This document shows, piece after piece, positions 9,174-19,848 of a DNA stretch of 54,490 nucleotides (its first letter is position 1; every line of letters starts with the position of its first letter). The notes beneath the pieces are model-generated. The model had not been told where the DNA came from, ran no database searches, and saw only the letters and a list, made by a program, of their open reading frames with translations. A program made the position numbers and the translations under genes. The stretch covers positions 108,478 to 162,967 of the forward strand of contig JACPIA010000004.1 of NCBI GenBank assembly GCA_016188295.1, given 5' to 3'. The DNA comes from Candidatus Vogelbacteria bacterium. GTDB lineage: Bacteria > Patescibacteriota > Minisyncoccia > Phycocordibacterales > XYD1-FULL-46-19.

Positions 9174-9911
9174 TTGAAGCAGTTTTACGTTATTACTATT
9201 TTCCCAGACATAATCGACTCTTATGTAAAAGAGTCGATTATTGGTCGGGCGATAAAAGCTAAAAAGCTCGCGGTTAAGGCCGTTAATCCGCGCGATTTTA
9301 GCCGAGATAAGCATCACAAGACCGACCACCGGCCTTATGCTGGTGGGCCGGGGATGGTCATGACCGCCGAGCCAATTTTGCGCGCCGTAGAGAAAATAGA
9401 GCGAACATTAAGTCCACGACAACTCCCGGGGGCTAAGAAGGAGGGGGAGTCGTTGTCGCAGACTAATGTTCGCAAGAGAACAGAGATTATTATTCTCTCG
9501 CCGAGTGGCAAGCAGTTTACTAATCGCGAGGCGATTAAATTAGCTAAATCAAAAAAAGATTTAATTTTTATTGCTGGGCGGTATGAAGGTATTGATGCGC
9601 GGGTTAAAAAGATTTTAAAAGCTAAAGAATATTCTATTGGCCCATACGTGCTAACGGGTGGGGAATTGCCGGCGCTTTCGATGATTGATGCTATTACCCG
9701 CCAAGTACCGGGGGTGTTGGGTGCCGAAGAGTCACTGGAGGAAAAAAGAGTTTCATCTAGTGAGATGTATACTAGACCGGAAGTTTTAATATGGAAAAAT
9801 AAAAAATACCCGGTGCCAAAAGTATTGCTTTCCGGAGATCACAAAAAGATAGACGAGTGGAAACGCAAAAGTCAAGGTCCTGTGGATAACGTAGATCGGG
9901 GCAGGGGGTAA
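9174..9911 (+). CDS. trmD: tRNA (guanine37-N1)-methyltransferase
   Basis: ITIFPDII..ESIIGRA, DHRPYAGGPGMVM, GRYEGIDARV and LTGGELPA motifs, with a TTG start. It contains a roughly 30-aa insertion relative to my memory of canonical TrmD. Confidence 0.85.
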   Translation: MKQFYVITIFPDIIDSYVKESIIGRAIKAKKLAVKAVNPRDFSRDKHHKTDHRPYAGGPGMVMTAEPILRAVEKIERTLSPRQLPGAKKEGESLSQTNVRKRTEIIILSPSGKQFTNREAIKLAKSKKDLIFIAGRYEGIDARVKKILKAKEYSIGPYVLTGGELPALSMIDAITRQVPGVLGAEESLEEKRVSSSEMYTRPEVLIWKNKKYPVPKVLLSGDHKKIDEWKRKSQGPVDNVDRGRG

Positions 9912-9932
9912 AAGGCAAGTGGATAACTAAAT

Positions 9933-9961
9933 TTGACATACTTAACCGACTTGTCTATACT
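9933..9961 (+). promoter_or_regulatory. sigma-70-type promoter upstream of rpoB
   Basis: TTGACA (9933-9938), a 17-nt spacer, then TATACT (9956-9961). A CCCCGAG..CTCGGGG hairpin sits at 10032-10050 in the leader. Confidence 0.6.
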
Positions 9962-10087
9962 ATTCTTGATTAGCTTTTGATTGAGTAACGTCTCGCGAAT
10001 CAAGCCATATTTTGATTATTAGCCCGCCTACCCCCGAGCCGGTCTCGGGGTTGGTATCTGTTTTTAATATTTGCCATTGCCTTGGCT

Positions 10088-13000
10088 ATGATTAAACAAA
10101 AAATATTCTCTCGGCACAAAAAATATTTGTCCGAGATGCCTAATTTGACTGAGCTCCAAACTAAGTCCTATCAGTGGTTGGTTAAGGAGGGACTTAAAGA
10201 GCTCTTTGCCGAATTTTCGCCAGTAAAGGATTATTCCGAGAAAAAGTTTGAGTTAACCTTTGAGGGTTTTCAAATCGACGAACCGCGTTTTAATGAGAAT
10301 CATGCTAAAGCCAATAAGTTATCTTATGAGGCCGCTCTTCGTGTGCGCGTTAAGTTAAAAAATAAGACGCTTAATCAGGATAAGGAGCAAGAAATTTTCT
10401 TGGCCGACTTCCCAATCATGACGGCGCACGGTACGTTTATTATTAATGGTATTGAGCGCGTCGTGGTACCACAAATTGCTCGTAGTTCCGGTGTCTTTTT
10501 TACCGCTAATGAGATTAAGGGTCGCAAGTACTTTGGCGCTAAGATTATCCCGGCGCGGGGTGCGTGGGTTGAGCTTGAGACCGAGGTGGACGATGCTATT
10601 TACGTCCGGATTGATCGCAAACGCAAGTTCCCAGTCAGTGCTTTACTCCGGGTCTTAGCTGCTTTGGCGGAACAAGCTCTCACTGATGAGCAAATTGTCG
10701 CTTTGTTTGATAAAGCTGGCGTTGATGCCACGGCGATTAAAAAAACTCTGGAGAAAGATCATGCTAAAACGGCTGACGAGGCCTACATTGAGATTTATAA
10801 GCGTCTCCGAGACAGTGATTTAGCCACTGTCGCTAATTCTAAGGAGTTTGTGGGGACTTTGTTTGGTCGCGATAAATATGACTTTTCGGCCGTGGGCCGC
10901 TTCCGCTTTAATCAACGCTTTGAGCTACCCGAAGTGGGGGATAAAGAGGGTCGGGTTTTGTCCCTCGCTGACTTGGTTATTATTATTGCTCACATTATTA
11001 AACTCAACACTACTAAAGGGGCTCAAGAGGACGATATTGATAACTTAGGTTTCCGTCGGGTGCGCTCGATTGGTGAAATGTTCCAACAAAAATTGCGTAT
11101 CGGCATGACGCAGATGAAGCGCAATATCCAAGATCGGATGTCGACCGTGGAGTCAACCACGATGTTACCGGTGCAATTAATTTCGCCACGTCCGCTCCAA
11201 GCTCGTCTTAAAGAATTTTTTACCACCAACCAATTATCGCAGTTTATGAATCAAGAGAATGCTCTCTCCGAGATCGAACATTTACGCACTCTATCGGCCC
11301 TCGGTCCGGGAGGTCTCACTCGTGAGCGCGCCGGTCTTGAGGTGCGCGATGTTCACACCTCGCATTATGGCCGTGTCTGTCCCATCCATACACCCGAAGG
11401 TCCAAATATCGGTCTGATTTTACACTTAGCCACTTATGCTCGGGTCAATGCTTATGGCATTATTGAAGTCCCCTACGCTAAAGTTAAAAACGGAGTGATC
11501 ACCAATGAGATCGTGTACTTAAATGCCTTGGATGAGGAAAAATATGCTATTGCTCACGCTGGTACGCCTTACGATGACAAAGGTAAATTACTTAATTCTG
11601 AAGTGGAGGCGCGGATCTTAACTAAGCCAGGTATGGTGGCTCGCGAGAAGATAGATTTAATTGATGTGGCCGCTAATCAGGCTTACTCCATTGCTACCTC
11701 GATGATTCCATTTTTGGAGCACGATGACGCTAATCGGGCGCTGATGGGTTCCAATATGCAAAAGCAAGCGGTGCCTTGCATTGTTCCTGAAGCACCATTG
11801 GTTGCGACTGGGATGGAGAAGAAGGCTGCCGTCGACTCTGGTCGCTTAATTACTGCTCGTCGTGCTGGTACGGTAACAGTAGCTGATGGTACTAGGGTGA
11901 TCATTAAAACTGATGATAATGAGCTGGATGAGTATCCATTTGCTAACTTTCGTAAAACTAATGACAATACTATTTTCCATCAACGGCCAGTGGTCAATGT
12001 GGGCGATGTGCTAAAAAAAGGTCACATTTTATGTGATACCTCATCCACAGTGGATGGTCAAATGGCTCTTGGTCAAAATGCCTTGGTGGCTTTTATGTCT
12101 TGGGGTGGCGCTAACTACGAGGACGCGATCATTATCTCCGAGCGAATGGTTAAAAATAATAAATTGTCGAGTATTTATATTGAGGAATTTGATATTGATG
12201 TCCGCGATACTAAACTTGGTCCCGAAATTACCACCCACGATATTCCCAATGTGGGTGAGAGTAAATTACGTAACTTGGACGAGGAAGGTATTGTCCGCAT
12301 TGGTGCTGAAGTAGGGCCTAATGATATTTTAGTTGGTAAAATTACCCCTAAAGGCGAAACCGAGTTGACTCCGGAGGAAAGGTTGCTTCGTTCAATTTTT
12401 GGTGAGAAGGCACGCGATGTCAAAGATACTTCCCGTCGAATGCCTCATGGTAAAAAGGGTCGAGTTGTGAGTATTAAAATCTTTTCGCGTGAAGCCGGAG
12501 ATAAATTAGAGTCCGGGATTATCAAACGCATTCACGTTGAAGTTGCACAATTGCGTAATATATCGGTCGGAGACAAACTGGCCGGCCGTCACGGCAATAA
12601 GGGTGTAATTTCCCGCATTTTACCAGAAGAGGATATGCCTTACGACGTTTCTGGTCGTCCGGTCGATATTATTTTGACGCCACTTGGTGTCCCTAGTCGA
12701 ATGAACTTGGGCCAGATTTTTGAGATGCATCTTGGTTTAGCCGCTAACACTTTAGGTTATCAAGCGATAACCCCAACCTTTATGGGGGTGACTGATGAGG
12801 AGATCAAACAAGAGTTGATGACGGCCGGTTTTGATCGCTCGGGTAAAGTGACCTTATTCGATGGTCATACTGGCGAACAATTTGATCAACCGATCGCGAT
12901 CGGTTATATGTATATTCTTAAATTGGCCCACATGGTGGAAGATAAAATTCACATGCGCTCCATTGGTCCATACTCGCTGATCACTCAACAACCACTCGGT

Positions 13001-13249
13001 GGTCGCTCCCAGGGCGGTGGTCAACGTTTTGGCGAGATGGAAGTGTGGGCCTTGGAGGGCTATGGTGCCTCGCACACTTTGCGTGAGATGTTGACCATTA
13101 AGTCCGATGATATTGTCGGTCGGTCGGCTACTTTTGACGCTATCATTAAGGGTGAAATTATCCGACCGCCCAATTTACCGGCCTCTTTTAATGTGATGTT
13201 AAACGAGTTGCGCGGTTTGGCTTTAGACATTGACCTAAAAAAGATCTAA
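10088..13249 (+). CDS. rpoB: DNA-directed RNA polymerase beta subunit
   Basis: Full-length RpoB motifs (NQLSQFMNQENALSEIEHLRT, GRHGNKGVIS, GEMEVWALEGYGA). The ATG at 10088 is preferred; a TTG at 10082 is also possible. Confidence 0.95.
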   Translation: MIKQKIFSRHKKYLSEMPNLTELQTKSYQWLVKEGLKELFAEFSPVKDYSEKKFELTFEGFQIDEPRFNENHAKANKLSYEAALRVRVKLKNKTLNQDKEQEIFLADFPIMTAHGTFIINGIERVVVPQIARSSGVFFTANEIKGRKYFGAKIIPARGAWVELETEVDDAIYVRIDRKRKFPVSALLRVLAALAEQALTDEQIVALFDKAGVDATAIKKTLEKDHAKTADEAYIEIYKRLRDSDLATVANSKEFVGTLFGRDKYDFSAVGRFRFNQRFELPEVGDKEGRVLSLADLVIIIAHIIKLNTTKGAQEDDIDNLGFRRVRSIGEMFQQKLRIGMTQMKRNIQDRMSTVESTTMLPVQLISPRPLQARLKEFFTTNQLSQFMNQENALSEIEHLRTLSALGPGGLTRERAGLEVRDVHTSHYGRVCPIHTPEGPNIGLILHLATYARVNAYGIIEVPYAKVKNGVITNEIVYLNALDEEKYAIAHAGTPYDDKGKLLNSEVEARILTKPGMVAREKIDLIDVAANQAYSIATSMIPFLEHDDANRALMGSNMQKQAVPCIVPEAPLVATGMEKKAAVDSGRLITARRAGTVTVADGTRVIIKTDDNELDEYPFANFRKTNDNTIFHQRPVVNVGDVLKKGHILCDTSSTVDGQMALGQNALVAFMSWGGANYEDAIIISERMVKNNKLSSIYIEEFDIDVRDTKLGPEITTHDIPNVGESKLRNLDEEGIVRIGAEVGPNDILVGKITPKGETELTPEERLLRSIFGEKARDVKDTSRRMPHGKKGRVVSIKIFSREAGDKLESGIIKRIHVEVAQLRNISVGDKLAGRHGNKGVISRILPEEDMPYDVSGRPVDIILTPLGVPSRMNLGQIFEMHLGLAANTLGYQAITPTFMGVTDEEIKQELMTAGFDRSGKVTLFDGHTGEQFDQPIAIGYMYILKLAHMVEDKIHMRSIGPYSLITQQPLGGRSQGGGQRFGEMEVWALEGYGASHTLREMLTIKSDDIVGRSATFDAIIKGEIIRPPNLPASFNVMLNELRGLALDIDLKKI

Positions 13250-13253
13250 ATAT

Positions 13254-16200
13254 ATGTCATTACCTACTACTAATAAAAAAGGCGATCGGATTACCGACTT
13301 TAATGCCATCTCGCTTAAGCTTGCTTCCCCAGAACGGATCCGTGAGTGGTCTTATGGTGAAATTACCAAACCGGAAACGATTAACTATCGTAGTGGCCGG
13401 GCCGAGCGCGGAGGCCTCTTTGATGAACGTATTTTTGGTCCGGAAAAAGATTTTGAGTGTTACTGCGGTAAGTACAAGCGTATTCGTTACAAAGATATTA
13501 TTTGTGAAAAATGCGGTGTCGAAGTTACTCGCTCGATTGTCCGTCGTGAGCGTATGGGCCATATTGAGTTGGCTTCGCCGGTGGCACATATTTGGTTTTT
13601 GCGCGGTATTCCGTCGCGAATTGGTTTAGTTCTTGATATTTCGATCCCGGAGTTGGAAAAAGTAGTTTATTTTGCCGGTTATATTATTACTAAAGTAAAT
13701 GAGGAAGAAAAAATTACAGTCCTTAAAGAGCTCGATAATGAGTTTAAAAATAAAATTAAGGCCCTTGAAGATCCGGAGGCTAAAGAACGACTCAAACTAT
13801 CATTACTTGAAGCCCGCCGTCAAATCGAGTCCTTGATTCCGTGGAAAGTACTTGATGAGTTAACTTATCACCGTTTGTCTCTTAAATATGGTTCGGTGTT
13901 TGAAGCGGGTATTGGCGCGGAAGCGGTAGAGAATATTTTTAAGTCGATCAATATTGAGGCCGAGTTGGTTAAAATCCAAGGCTTGTTGGAAAAAGCTTCA
14001 GCACTTGAACGGCCTAAATTACAAAAGCGGTTTAACCTTTTCCGCTCCTTTTTGACGGCTGGTATTCGTCCAGACTGGATGTTTATGCGTGTCTTGCCGG
14101 TGATCCCACCAGCGCTCCGACCAATGGTGGCGCTTGATGGTGGTCGTCATGCCACCAGTGATGTCAATGACTTATATCGTCGAGTAATCAATCGTAATAA
14201 TCGGCTTAAAAAATTAGTTGACTTAAATGCACCGGAAGTGATTTTGCGAAACGAGAAGCGTATTCTCCAAGAAGCGGTTGATGCTTTAATCGACAACTCC
14301 ATTCGTCGGGGTGGTGGCGGTGAGGGGGCGGTGAGCCAAGCTGGGCGTCGACCACTTAAGTCACTGGCCGACTCGCTCCGCGGTAAGCAAGGTCGCTTCC
14401 GTCAAAACTTACTTGGTAAGCGGGTGGACTATTCTGGTCGCTCGGTGATTGTGGTTGGTTCTGAGCTCAAGCTCTCGCAATGCGGTCTGCCTAAGCATAT
14501 GGCACTCGAGCTCTTTAAGCCATTTATTATTGCTAAAATTTTAGAGTCGGAGTTAGCCTTTAATATCCGTGGCGCTAGTCGTTTAATTGATGAGGGAGCA
14601 CCGGAGGTCTGGGCTATTTTGGAGGAAGTGATCAAGGACAAACACGTGCTCTTAAACCGAGCCCCGACCTTGCACCGCTTAGGTATTCAGGCTTTCCGTC
14701 CGGTTTTGATTGAGGGTAATGCCATTCAAGTGCATCCATTAGTGTGCTCGGCCTTTAACGCCGACTTCGATGGTGACCAAATGGCCGTCCATGTACCCCT
14801 CTCCGAGGAGGCTCAAAAAGAGGCCCGCGAATTGATTGCCGCTAATAAAAACTTACTTAAGCCAGGTAGTGGTGATCCGGTAATCAACATGAAGTTAGAT
14901 ATTATTCTTGGTTGCTATTGGGTAACTAGGATTATTGATGGTGGTAAGGGTGAGGGCAAAATTTTTGCTGGTCCTAACTCGGCGATTATGGCCTATGATT
15001 TTGGCGAGCTTGATCTTCGCGCTAAAATAAAAATAAAAGGTGGTAAACCAGAGAAGTATGGCGAATTGGCTGGCGAATTATTTGAGACTTCTGTCGGACG
15101 GATTTTGTTTAATAATAGTCTGCCTAATTCGATTCCGTTTATTAACAATGAGATTAATCTTAAAGTACTTAATCGTTTAACCGAGGACTTAATTGCTAGT
15201 GGTGATCCGACGGTGGTCGCCGATATTCTAGATCGAATTAAATTATTTGGTTTTAAATTCTCGACCAAGTCGGGTGTGACCTGGGGCTTGGACGATGTCG
15301 TGGTGCCTAAGGAAAAGGAGCCGATTATTGCTGAGGCTCGCGCCGAGGCGGCCTTGATTGAAGAGAAATATAATGAGGGCTTACTCTCGGATGATGAAAA
15401 ATATCGGATGATTATTGAGTTGTGGCTCCGGACTAAGTCTAAAGTGGAGAAGGTGATCCCCGGAGGCTTGCCGATTAATGGTTCTGTTTTGGATATGATC
15501 CAATCTGGTGCCCGAGGTTCTATGGCCCAAGTGACTCAAATGGCCGGAATGAAGGGTTTGATTGTCAACCCGGGTAATCGCTTGATCGACTTCCCAATTA
15601 TCCCATCGTACAAAGAGGGTCTCTCACCAATTGAGTACTTTATTACTACGCACGGTGCGCGTAAAGGTCTCGCCGATACCGCGCTTAATACCGCTAAGGC
15701 TGGTTACTTGACGCGTAAATTAGTGGACGTGGCTCAAGATTTGGTGGTGCTCCATGAGGATTGTGGTGACAAAGAGGGTCGAGTGATTACTAAAGATAAT
15801 ATCTTAGGTTTTGATACGGGTATCTCTAACAGTATCCGTGGCCGGATCCTACTCAAAGATTTAGTGTCTCCAGACGGTGAGACTTTATTTAAAAAAGGTC
15901 ATTTGGTAACGCGTGAGGATGCTCACTTAGCCGAGAGTAAAGGAGTAACTGATGCTCATATTCGCTCACCGCTCGCTTGTCAAGTTGGCCGTGGTATTTG
16001 TCAAAAGTGTTATGGGGCCGATCCGGGTCGTGGTGGTTTAGTCAAACATGGTGAGCCGGTTGGTATTGTAGCTGCTCAGGCGATTGGCGAGCCGGGGACA
16101 CAGCTTACGATGCGGACTAAGCATGCTGGTGGAGTGGGTACTAGTGGGGTGGACATTGTCGGTGGTTTACCTCGAGTAGAAGAGATCTTTGAGCGACGCA

Positions 16201-16916
16201 TTCCTAAGGTGCCAGCTTTGATCTCGGAGATTGATGGTGAGGTATTAGAGATCAAAAACGATACCAAAGAGCAAACGATTGTTATTTTGGCTGATTTGGA
16301 GTATCGCAAAAAAGTCAGTAAAGATAACACGGTTGAGTATAAAGTGCCACTGGTCCGAACTTTGTTGGTAGAAAAAGGCAGTCAGATTAAAAAGGGTGAT
16401 ATCTTATCTGATGGCGCCGCGGATATTTTATCACTATTTAAATTTGCCGGTCGCGAACAGACCGAAAAGTACATCATCAAAGAAATTAATGCCATTTACG
16501 AGTTGCAGGGTGTGTCCATCTCGCGTAAGCATATTGAGCTAATGATTCATCAAATGTTCTCGCGTCGTAAAATTAAAAATCCGGGAGCTAGCCGTTTTAC
16601 CGTCGGTGAAGTGATTGAGATTAATGAGCTTTTGGAAGAGAATGAGGAGTTAGCTAAGCAGGGCAAAGAAGAGGCTACTGGCGACTTGACCATCTTAGGC
16701 ATTACTGAGGTTGCTCTCTCCACTGCCTCATTCCTCTCAGCGGTCTCTTTCCAACATACCACTAAAGTATTAATTGATACCGCGATTAAAGGTGGTCTGG
16801 ATCGGCTCCGCGGTTTGAAAGAGAATGTTATTATTGGTCGCTTGATTCCAGCTGGTACCGGTCTGGCGAGTCACGAGACTAAAGTCGCGGCCGCTAGCGC
16901 CGATACGGAAGGATAA
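13254..16916 (+). CDS. rpoC: DNA-directed RNA polymerase beta' subunit
   Basis: Zinc motif CYCGKYKR..CEKCGVEV, catalytic NADFDGDQMAVH, and a trigger-loop region. It starts 4 nt after the rpoB stop. Confidence 0.95.
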   Translation: MSLPTTNKKGDRITDFNAISLKLASPERIREWSYGEITKPETINYRSGRAERGGLFDERIFGPEKDFECYCGKYKRIRYKDIICEKCGVEVTRSIVRRERMGHIELASPVAHIWFLRGIPSRIGLVLDISIPELEKVVYFAGYIITKVNEEEKITVLKELDNEFKNKIKALEDPEAKERLKLSLLEARRQIESLIPWKVLDELTYHRLSLKYGSVFEAGIGAEAVENIFKSINIEAELVKIQGLLEKASALERPKLQKRFNLFRSFLTAGIRPDWMFMRVLPVIPPALRPMVALDGGRHATSDVNDLYRRVINRNNRLKKLVDLNAPEVILRNEKRILQEAVDALIDNSIRRGGGGEGAVSQAGRRPLKSLADSLRGKQGRFRQNLLGKRVDYSGRSVIVVGSELKLSQCGLPKHMALELFKPFIIAKILESELAFNIRGASRLIDEGAPEVWAILEEVIKDKHVLLNRAPTLHRLGIQAFRPVLIEGNAIQVHPLVCSAFNADFDGDQMAVHVPLSEEAQKEARELIAANKNLLKPGSGDPVINMKLDIILGCYWVTRIIDGGKGEGKIFAGPNSAIMAYDFGELDLRAKIKIKGGKPEKYGELAGELFETSVGRILFNNSLPNSIPFINNEINLKVLNRLTEDLIASGDPTVVADILDRIKLFGFKFSTKSGVTWGLDDVVVPKEKEPIIAEARAEAALIEEKYNEGLLSDDEKYRMIIELWLRTKSKVEKVIPGGLPINGSVLDMIQSGARGSMAQVTQMAGMKGLIVNPGNRLIDFPIIPSYKEGLSPIEYFITTHGARKGLADTALNTAKAGYLTRKLVDVAQDLVVLHEDCGDKEGRVITKDNILGFDTGISNSIRGRILLKDLVSPDGETLFKKGHLVTREDAHLAESKGVTDAHIRSPLACQVGRGICQKCYGADPGRGGLVKHGEPVGIVAAQAIGEPGTQLTMRTKHAGGVGTSGVDIVGGLPRVEEIFERRIPKVPALISEIDGEVLEIKNDTKEQTIVILADLEYRKKVSKDNTVEYKVPLVRTLLVEKGSQIKKGDILSDGAADILSLFKFAGREQTEKYIIKEINAIYELQGVSISRKHIELMIHQMFSRRKIKNPGASRFTVGEVIEINELLEENEELAKQGKEEATGDLTILGITEVALSTASFLSAVSFQHTTKVLIDTAIKGGLDRLRGLKENVIIGRLIPAGTGLASHETKVAAASADTEG

Positions 16917-16921
16917 TTAAG

Positions 16922-18601
16922 ATGTCAGTTATCGTCGAACAAATTAAATCCCGACTCGATATCGCGGACGTCGTTTCCGCTTACTTAAAATTGGAAAAGG
17001 CCGGCCATAATTTTAGGGCTCGCTGTCCGTTTCACAACGAAAAAACGCCATCGTTTTTTGTTTCGCCCAGCCGGCAAAATTATCATTGTTTCGGTTGTGG
17101 TAAGGGCGGGGACTTAATTAATTTTGTCGAACAAATTGAGGGACTCGACTTTATGGGCGCACTCGAAGTTTTGGCTCATCGAGCGGGGGTGCCCTTTGAC
17201 CGCGGAGCGCTTAAAACAGACAACACTCTAGATCGCTTACGTACTATCCTAGAAGATGCCACTTATTTTTTTGAATCTAATTTAACTAATGATGAATCAG
17301 CTCAAAAATATTTAAGTGAGCGAGGGATTACAACAGAGAGTATCAAAAAATTCCGTGTTGGTTATGCGCCTGATGGTTGGCGAGTGTTATCGGAATATCT
17401 ATTGGCGCGACGATTTAATGAAGAGGAATTAGTGTTAGCTGGTTTAGTGATCAAAAAAGAAGATACCGGACGAGTGTATGATCGCTTTCGTGGTCGGATT
17501 ATGTTTCCGATCACGGACGCGGTTGGGCGAGTGATTGGTTTTAGCGGGCGAGTGATTGTAACCAGCGAAGCCGAAATTGCTAAGTATATCAACACGCCTC
17601 AAACGACGCTTTACGACAAATCAGTTGCGTTATTTGGTATTGCTCACGCTAAACAAGCGATTCGGGAACGTGATCGCGTGGTGTTGGTAGAAGGGCAAAT
17701 GGATTTAGTAATGGCCCATCAAGTCGGTACGACCGAAGCAGTGGCGGTCTCAGGCACTGCTTTAACTGATCGTCACTTATTAGCTCTTAAGCGTTTAAGT
17801 AATAATGTGATCATAGCGTTTGACGCTGATAGTGCCGGAGTGACAGCTTCACGGCGGGCGGTAGATTTAGCGTTATCACTCGGTCTGGAAGTGCGGATGG
17901 CGCCATTACCATCCGGTCAAGATCCGGCGGATTGCATTAAGACCGATTCACGAATTTGGCTAGAAACATTAGACAAAAATATCCACGCTATTGATTTTTA
18001 TTTAGCCGAAATCAGACGGAGCGAGACTAATCCGCGGACAATTAAACAACGAGTTAGCGCGGAAGTGGTGCCCGCGATTAGTCGTCTGCCCGATGCTTTG
18101 GAGCAATCGCATTTTGTGAGCAAGGTGGCGGCGGCCATTGGAGTCAGTGAAATGCCATTGTGGGAGGAAGTTAAAAAGCGGATAGTGCCCATGCCGCGAG
18201 TAATCTCGCGTGCCGAGTCTGTCGAGGCGCAAAAAGTCGAAGCCCCAGTTAGTCGTTTAAGTATGATCGCTGAAAAGTTGTTGGGTATTTACTGGTGGAC
18301 TAATGATGACGATATTTTGCAACAAGCGGGTGAGTATTTAATTACGCTTAAGACAAAGTTAATGCCGCGACAAAACGAGTTAGCTCTTAAGGCCGAAATT
18401 ACTTACAATGAGCCCAAACGGGCCATGGGGGAGATTAGAACTTTACTCCTTGAGTTTAAACGTGAGGTCTTGCGCGAGGAGTTGGAACAGGCGACTAAGG
18501 AGCTCCGCCAGGCCGAAGAATTGGGAAATGCCGAAGCGGTGGACAGTGCTCTAAAAAAATGCCAAGATATTTCACAGTCTTTACATTTGATTACTTTATA
18601 A
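16922..18601 (+). CDS. dnaG: DNA primase
   Basis: Zinc-binding CPFHNEKTPSFFVS..HCFGCGKGGD and TOPRIM (LVEGQMDL, AFDADSAG). Confidence 0.9.
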   Translation: MSVIVEQIKSRLDIADVVSAYLKLEKAGHNFRARCPFHNEKTPSFFVSPSRQNYHCFGCGKGGDLINFVEQIEGLDFMGALEVLAHRAGVPFDRGALKTDNTLDRLRTILEDATYFFESNLTNDESAQKYLSERGITTESIKKFRVGYAPDGWRVLSEYLLARRFNEEELVLAGLVIKKEDTGRVYDRFRGRIMFPITDAVGRVIGFSGRVIVTSEAEIAKYINTPQTTLYDKSVALFGIAHAKQAIRERDRVVLVEGQMDLVMAHQVGTTEAVAVSGTALTDRHLLALKRLSNNVIIAFDADSAGVTASRRAVDLALSLGLEVRMAPLPSGQDPADCIKTDSRIWLETLDKNIHAIDFYLAEIRRSETNPRTIKQRVSAEVVPAISRLPDALEQSHFVSKVAAAIGVSEMPLWEEVKKRIVPMPRVISRAESVEAQKVEAPVSRLSMIAEKLLGIYWWTNDDDILQQAGEYLITLKTKLMPRQNELALKAEITYNEPKRAMGEIRTLLLEFKREVLREELEQATKELRQAEELGNAEAVDSALKKCQDISQSLHLITL

Positions 18602-18610
18602 TTTTTATAT

Positions 18611-19846
18611 ATGAAAAAAACTAAAAAATTACCAAAACGCAAATCGGTTAAGAAAGTGGCTAAAAAACATCCGCCAGCTGGCGGAAAGAAAAATAAAACT
18701 AAAGCTAAAGTTAAACCAAAAAAGAAAGTCATAGCTAAAAAACATCCGCCAGCTGGCGGAAAAAAAGTGGTGGTGACCAAAGAAAATCTAGAGGCTAAAA
18801 AGCGAGCTTTGATTGTTAAAGGTCGGGGTCGAGGCTTTATTACTTATGCCGAGTTGTTAAAAGAATTTCCACTGATTGAACAAGATATCTTTTTTTTAGA
18901 TGAATTGTATAACAAATTAGAGGAAGCCGGGATTGATGTGCTTGAAGAGGGTGGTTTTTTGAATGATGCGGTGGTAGTACCCGAGAAGATTAAAGTAACG
19001 ACCACTCGTGTTGACGGCGGTCTCGACTCGGTCCAAATTTACTTAAAAGAAATTGGCCGTCACAAGCTCTTAAATGGTCAAGAAGAAAAAGATCTAGCTA
19101 AACGGATTTTAGAGGGTGATGATGACGCTAAAAAAGGTTTGGCTAATGCCAACCTCCGTTTAGTAGTATCGATTGCTAAAAAATATATTGGTCGCAGTAG
19201 TGATCTTACCCTGCTCGACTTAATCCAAGAAGGTAATCTCGGTCTCTTTAAAGCGGTAGAGAAATTTGATTGGCGTAAAGGTTATAAATTTTCCACTTAC
19301 GCTACGTGGTGGATCCGCCAGGCAGTCACTCGAGCGTTAGCTGATCAGTCTCGGACGATTCGGATCCCGGTGCATATGGTTGAGACCATTGCTAAATATA
19401 AACAAGTTTACCGTCGCTTATCACAGGATTTAGGCCGTGATCCGTTGCCGAGTGAGATTGCCACTGAAATGGGGGTAGATGTGGAGAAAGTGCATACGAT
19501 TGAAAAGATTGATCAAAGTACTGCTTCACTTGACCGTCCTACTGACGATGATGATGAAAAGTCGAGCTTGGGTGAATTTATTGCGGATGACAAAATTGCC
19601 TCACCGGATCAGGATGTCTCACGGCGAATTTTGCGGGATCAGATTGAGGAAATCTTATCTGATCTCTCGCTTAAGGAGCGGCGTATTTTAGAGATGCGCC
19701 ATGGTTTGCGTGATGGAGTAATGCGCACCCTAGAGGAAGTCGGTAAAGAGTTCGGCGTCACCCGCGAGCGTATCCGCCAAATCGAAGCCAAAGCTCACGA
19801 AAAAATTCGCCACCACGACAAAGCTAAACGTTTGATGGGGTATTAA
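18611..19846 (+). CDS. rpoD: primary RNA polymerase sigma factor (sigma-70 family) with a Lys-rich repeat-bearing N-terminus
   Basis: Region 2 ([29 protein letters not shown]), region 3, and region 4 ([20 protein letters not shown]). The N-terminal 60 aa are K-rich with [10 protein letters not shown] twice. Confidence 0.9.
   Translation: MKKTKKLPKRKSVKKVAKKHPPAGGKKNKTKAKVKPKKKVIAKKHPPAGGKKVVVTKENLEAKKRALIVKGRGRGFITYAELLKEFPLIEQDIFFLDELYNKLEEAGIDVLEEGGFLNDAVVVPEKIKVTTTRVDGGLDSVQIYLKEIGRHKLLNGQEEKDLAKRILEGDDDAKKGLANANLRLVVSIAKKYIGRSSDLTLLDLIQEGNLGLFKAVEKFDWRKGYKFSTYATWWIRQAVTRALADQSRTIRIPVHMVETIAKYKQVYRRLSQDLGRDPLPSEIATEMGVDVEKVHTIEKIDQSTASLDRPTDDDDEKSSLGEFIADDKIASPDQDVSRRILRDQIEEILSDLSLKERRILEMRHGLRDGVMRTLEEVGKEFGVTRERIRQIEAKAHEKIRHHDKAKRLMGY
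18659..18687. repeat. 29-nt repeat containing the 16-bp perfect palindrome TCCGCCAGCTGGCGGA (copy 1, in-frame in rpoD)
   Basis: GCTAAAAAACATCCGCCAGCTGGCGGAAA. The palindrome lies at 18670-18685. Confidence 0.9.
18734..18762. repeat. 29-nt repeat containing the 16-bp perfect palindrome (copy 2, in-frame in rpoD)
   Basis: Identical 29-mer. The palindrome lies at 18745-18760. Confidence 0.9.
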
Positions 19847-19848
19847 GG

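Noticed and set aside
18403-18780. 125-aa minus-strand ORF overlapping the dnaG end and rpoD start
   Set aside because: It is kept open by the palindromic repeats, so FFPPAGG mirrors PPAGG. It has no SD and lies antisense to two essential genes.
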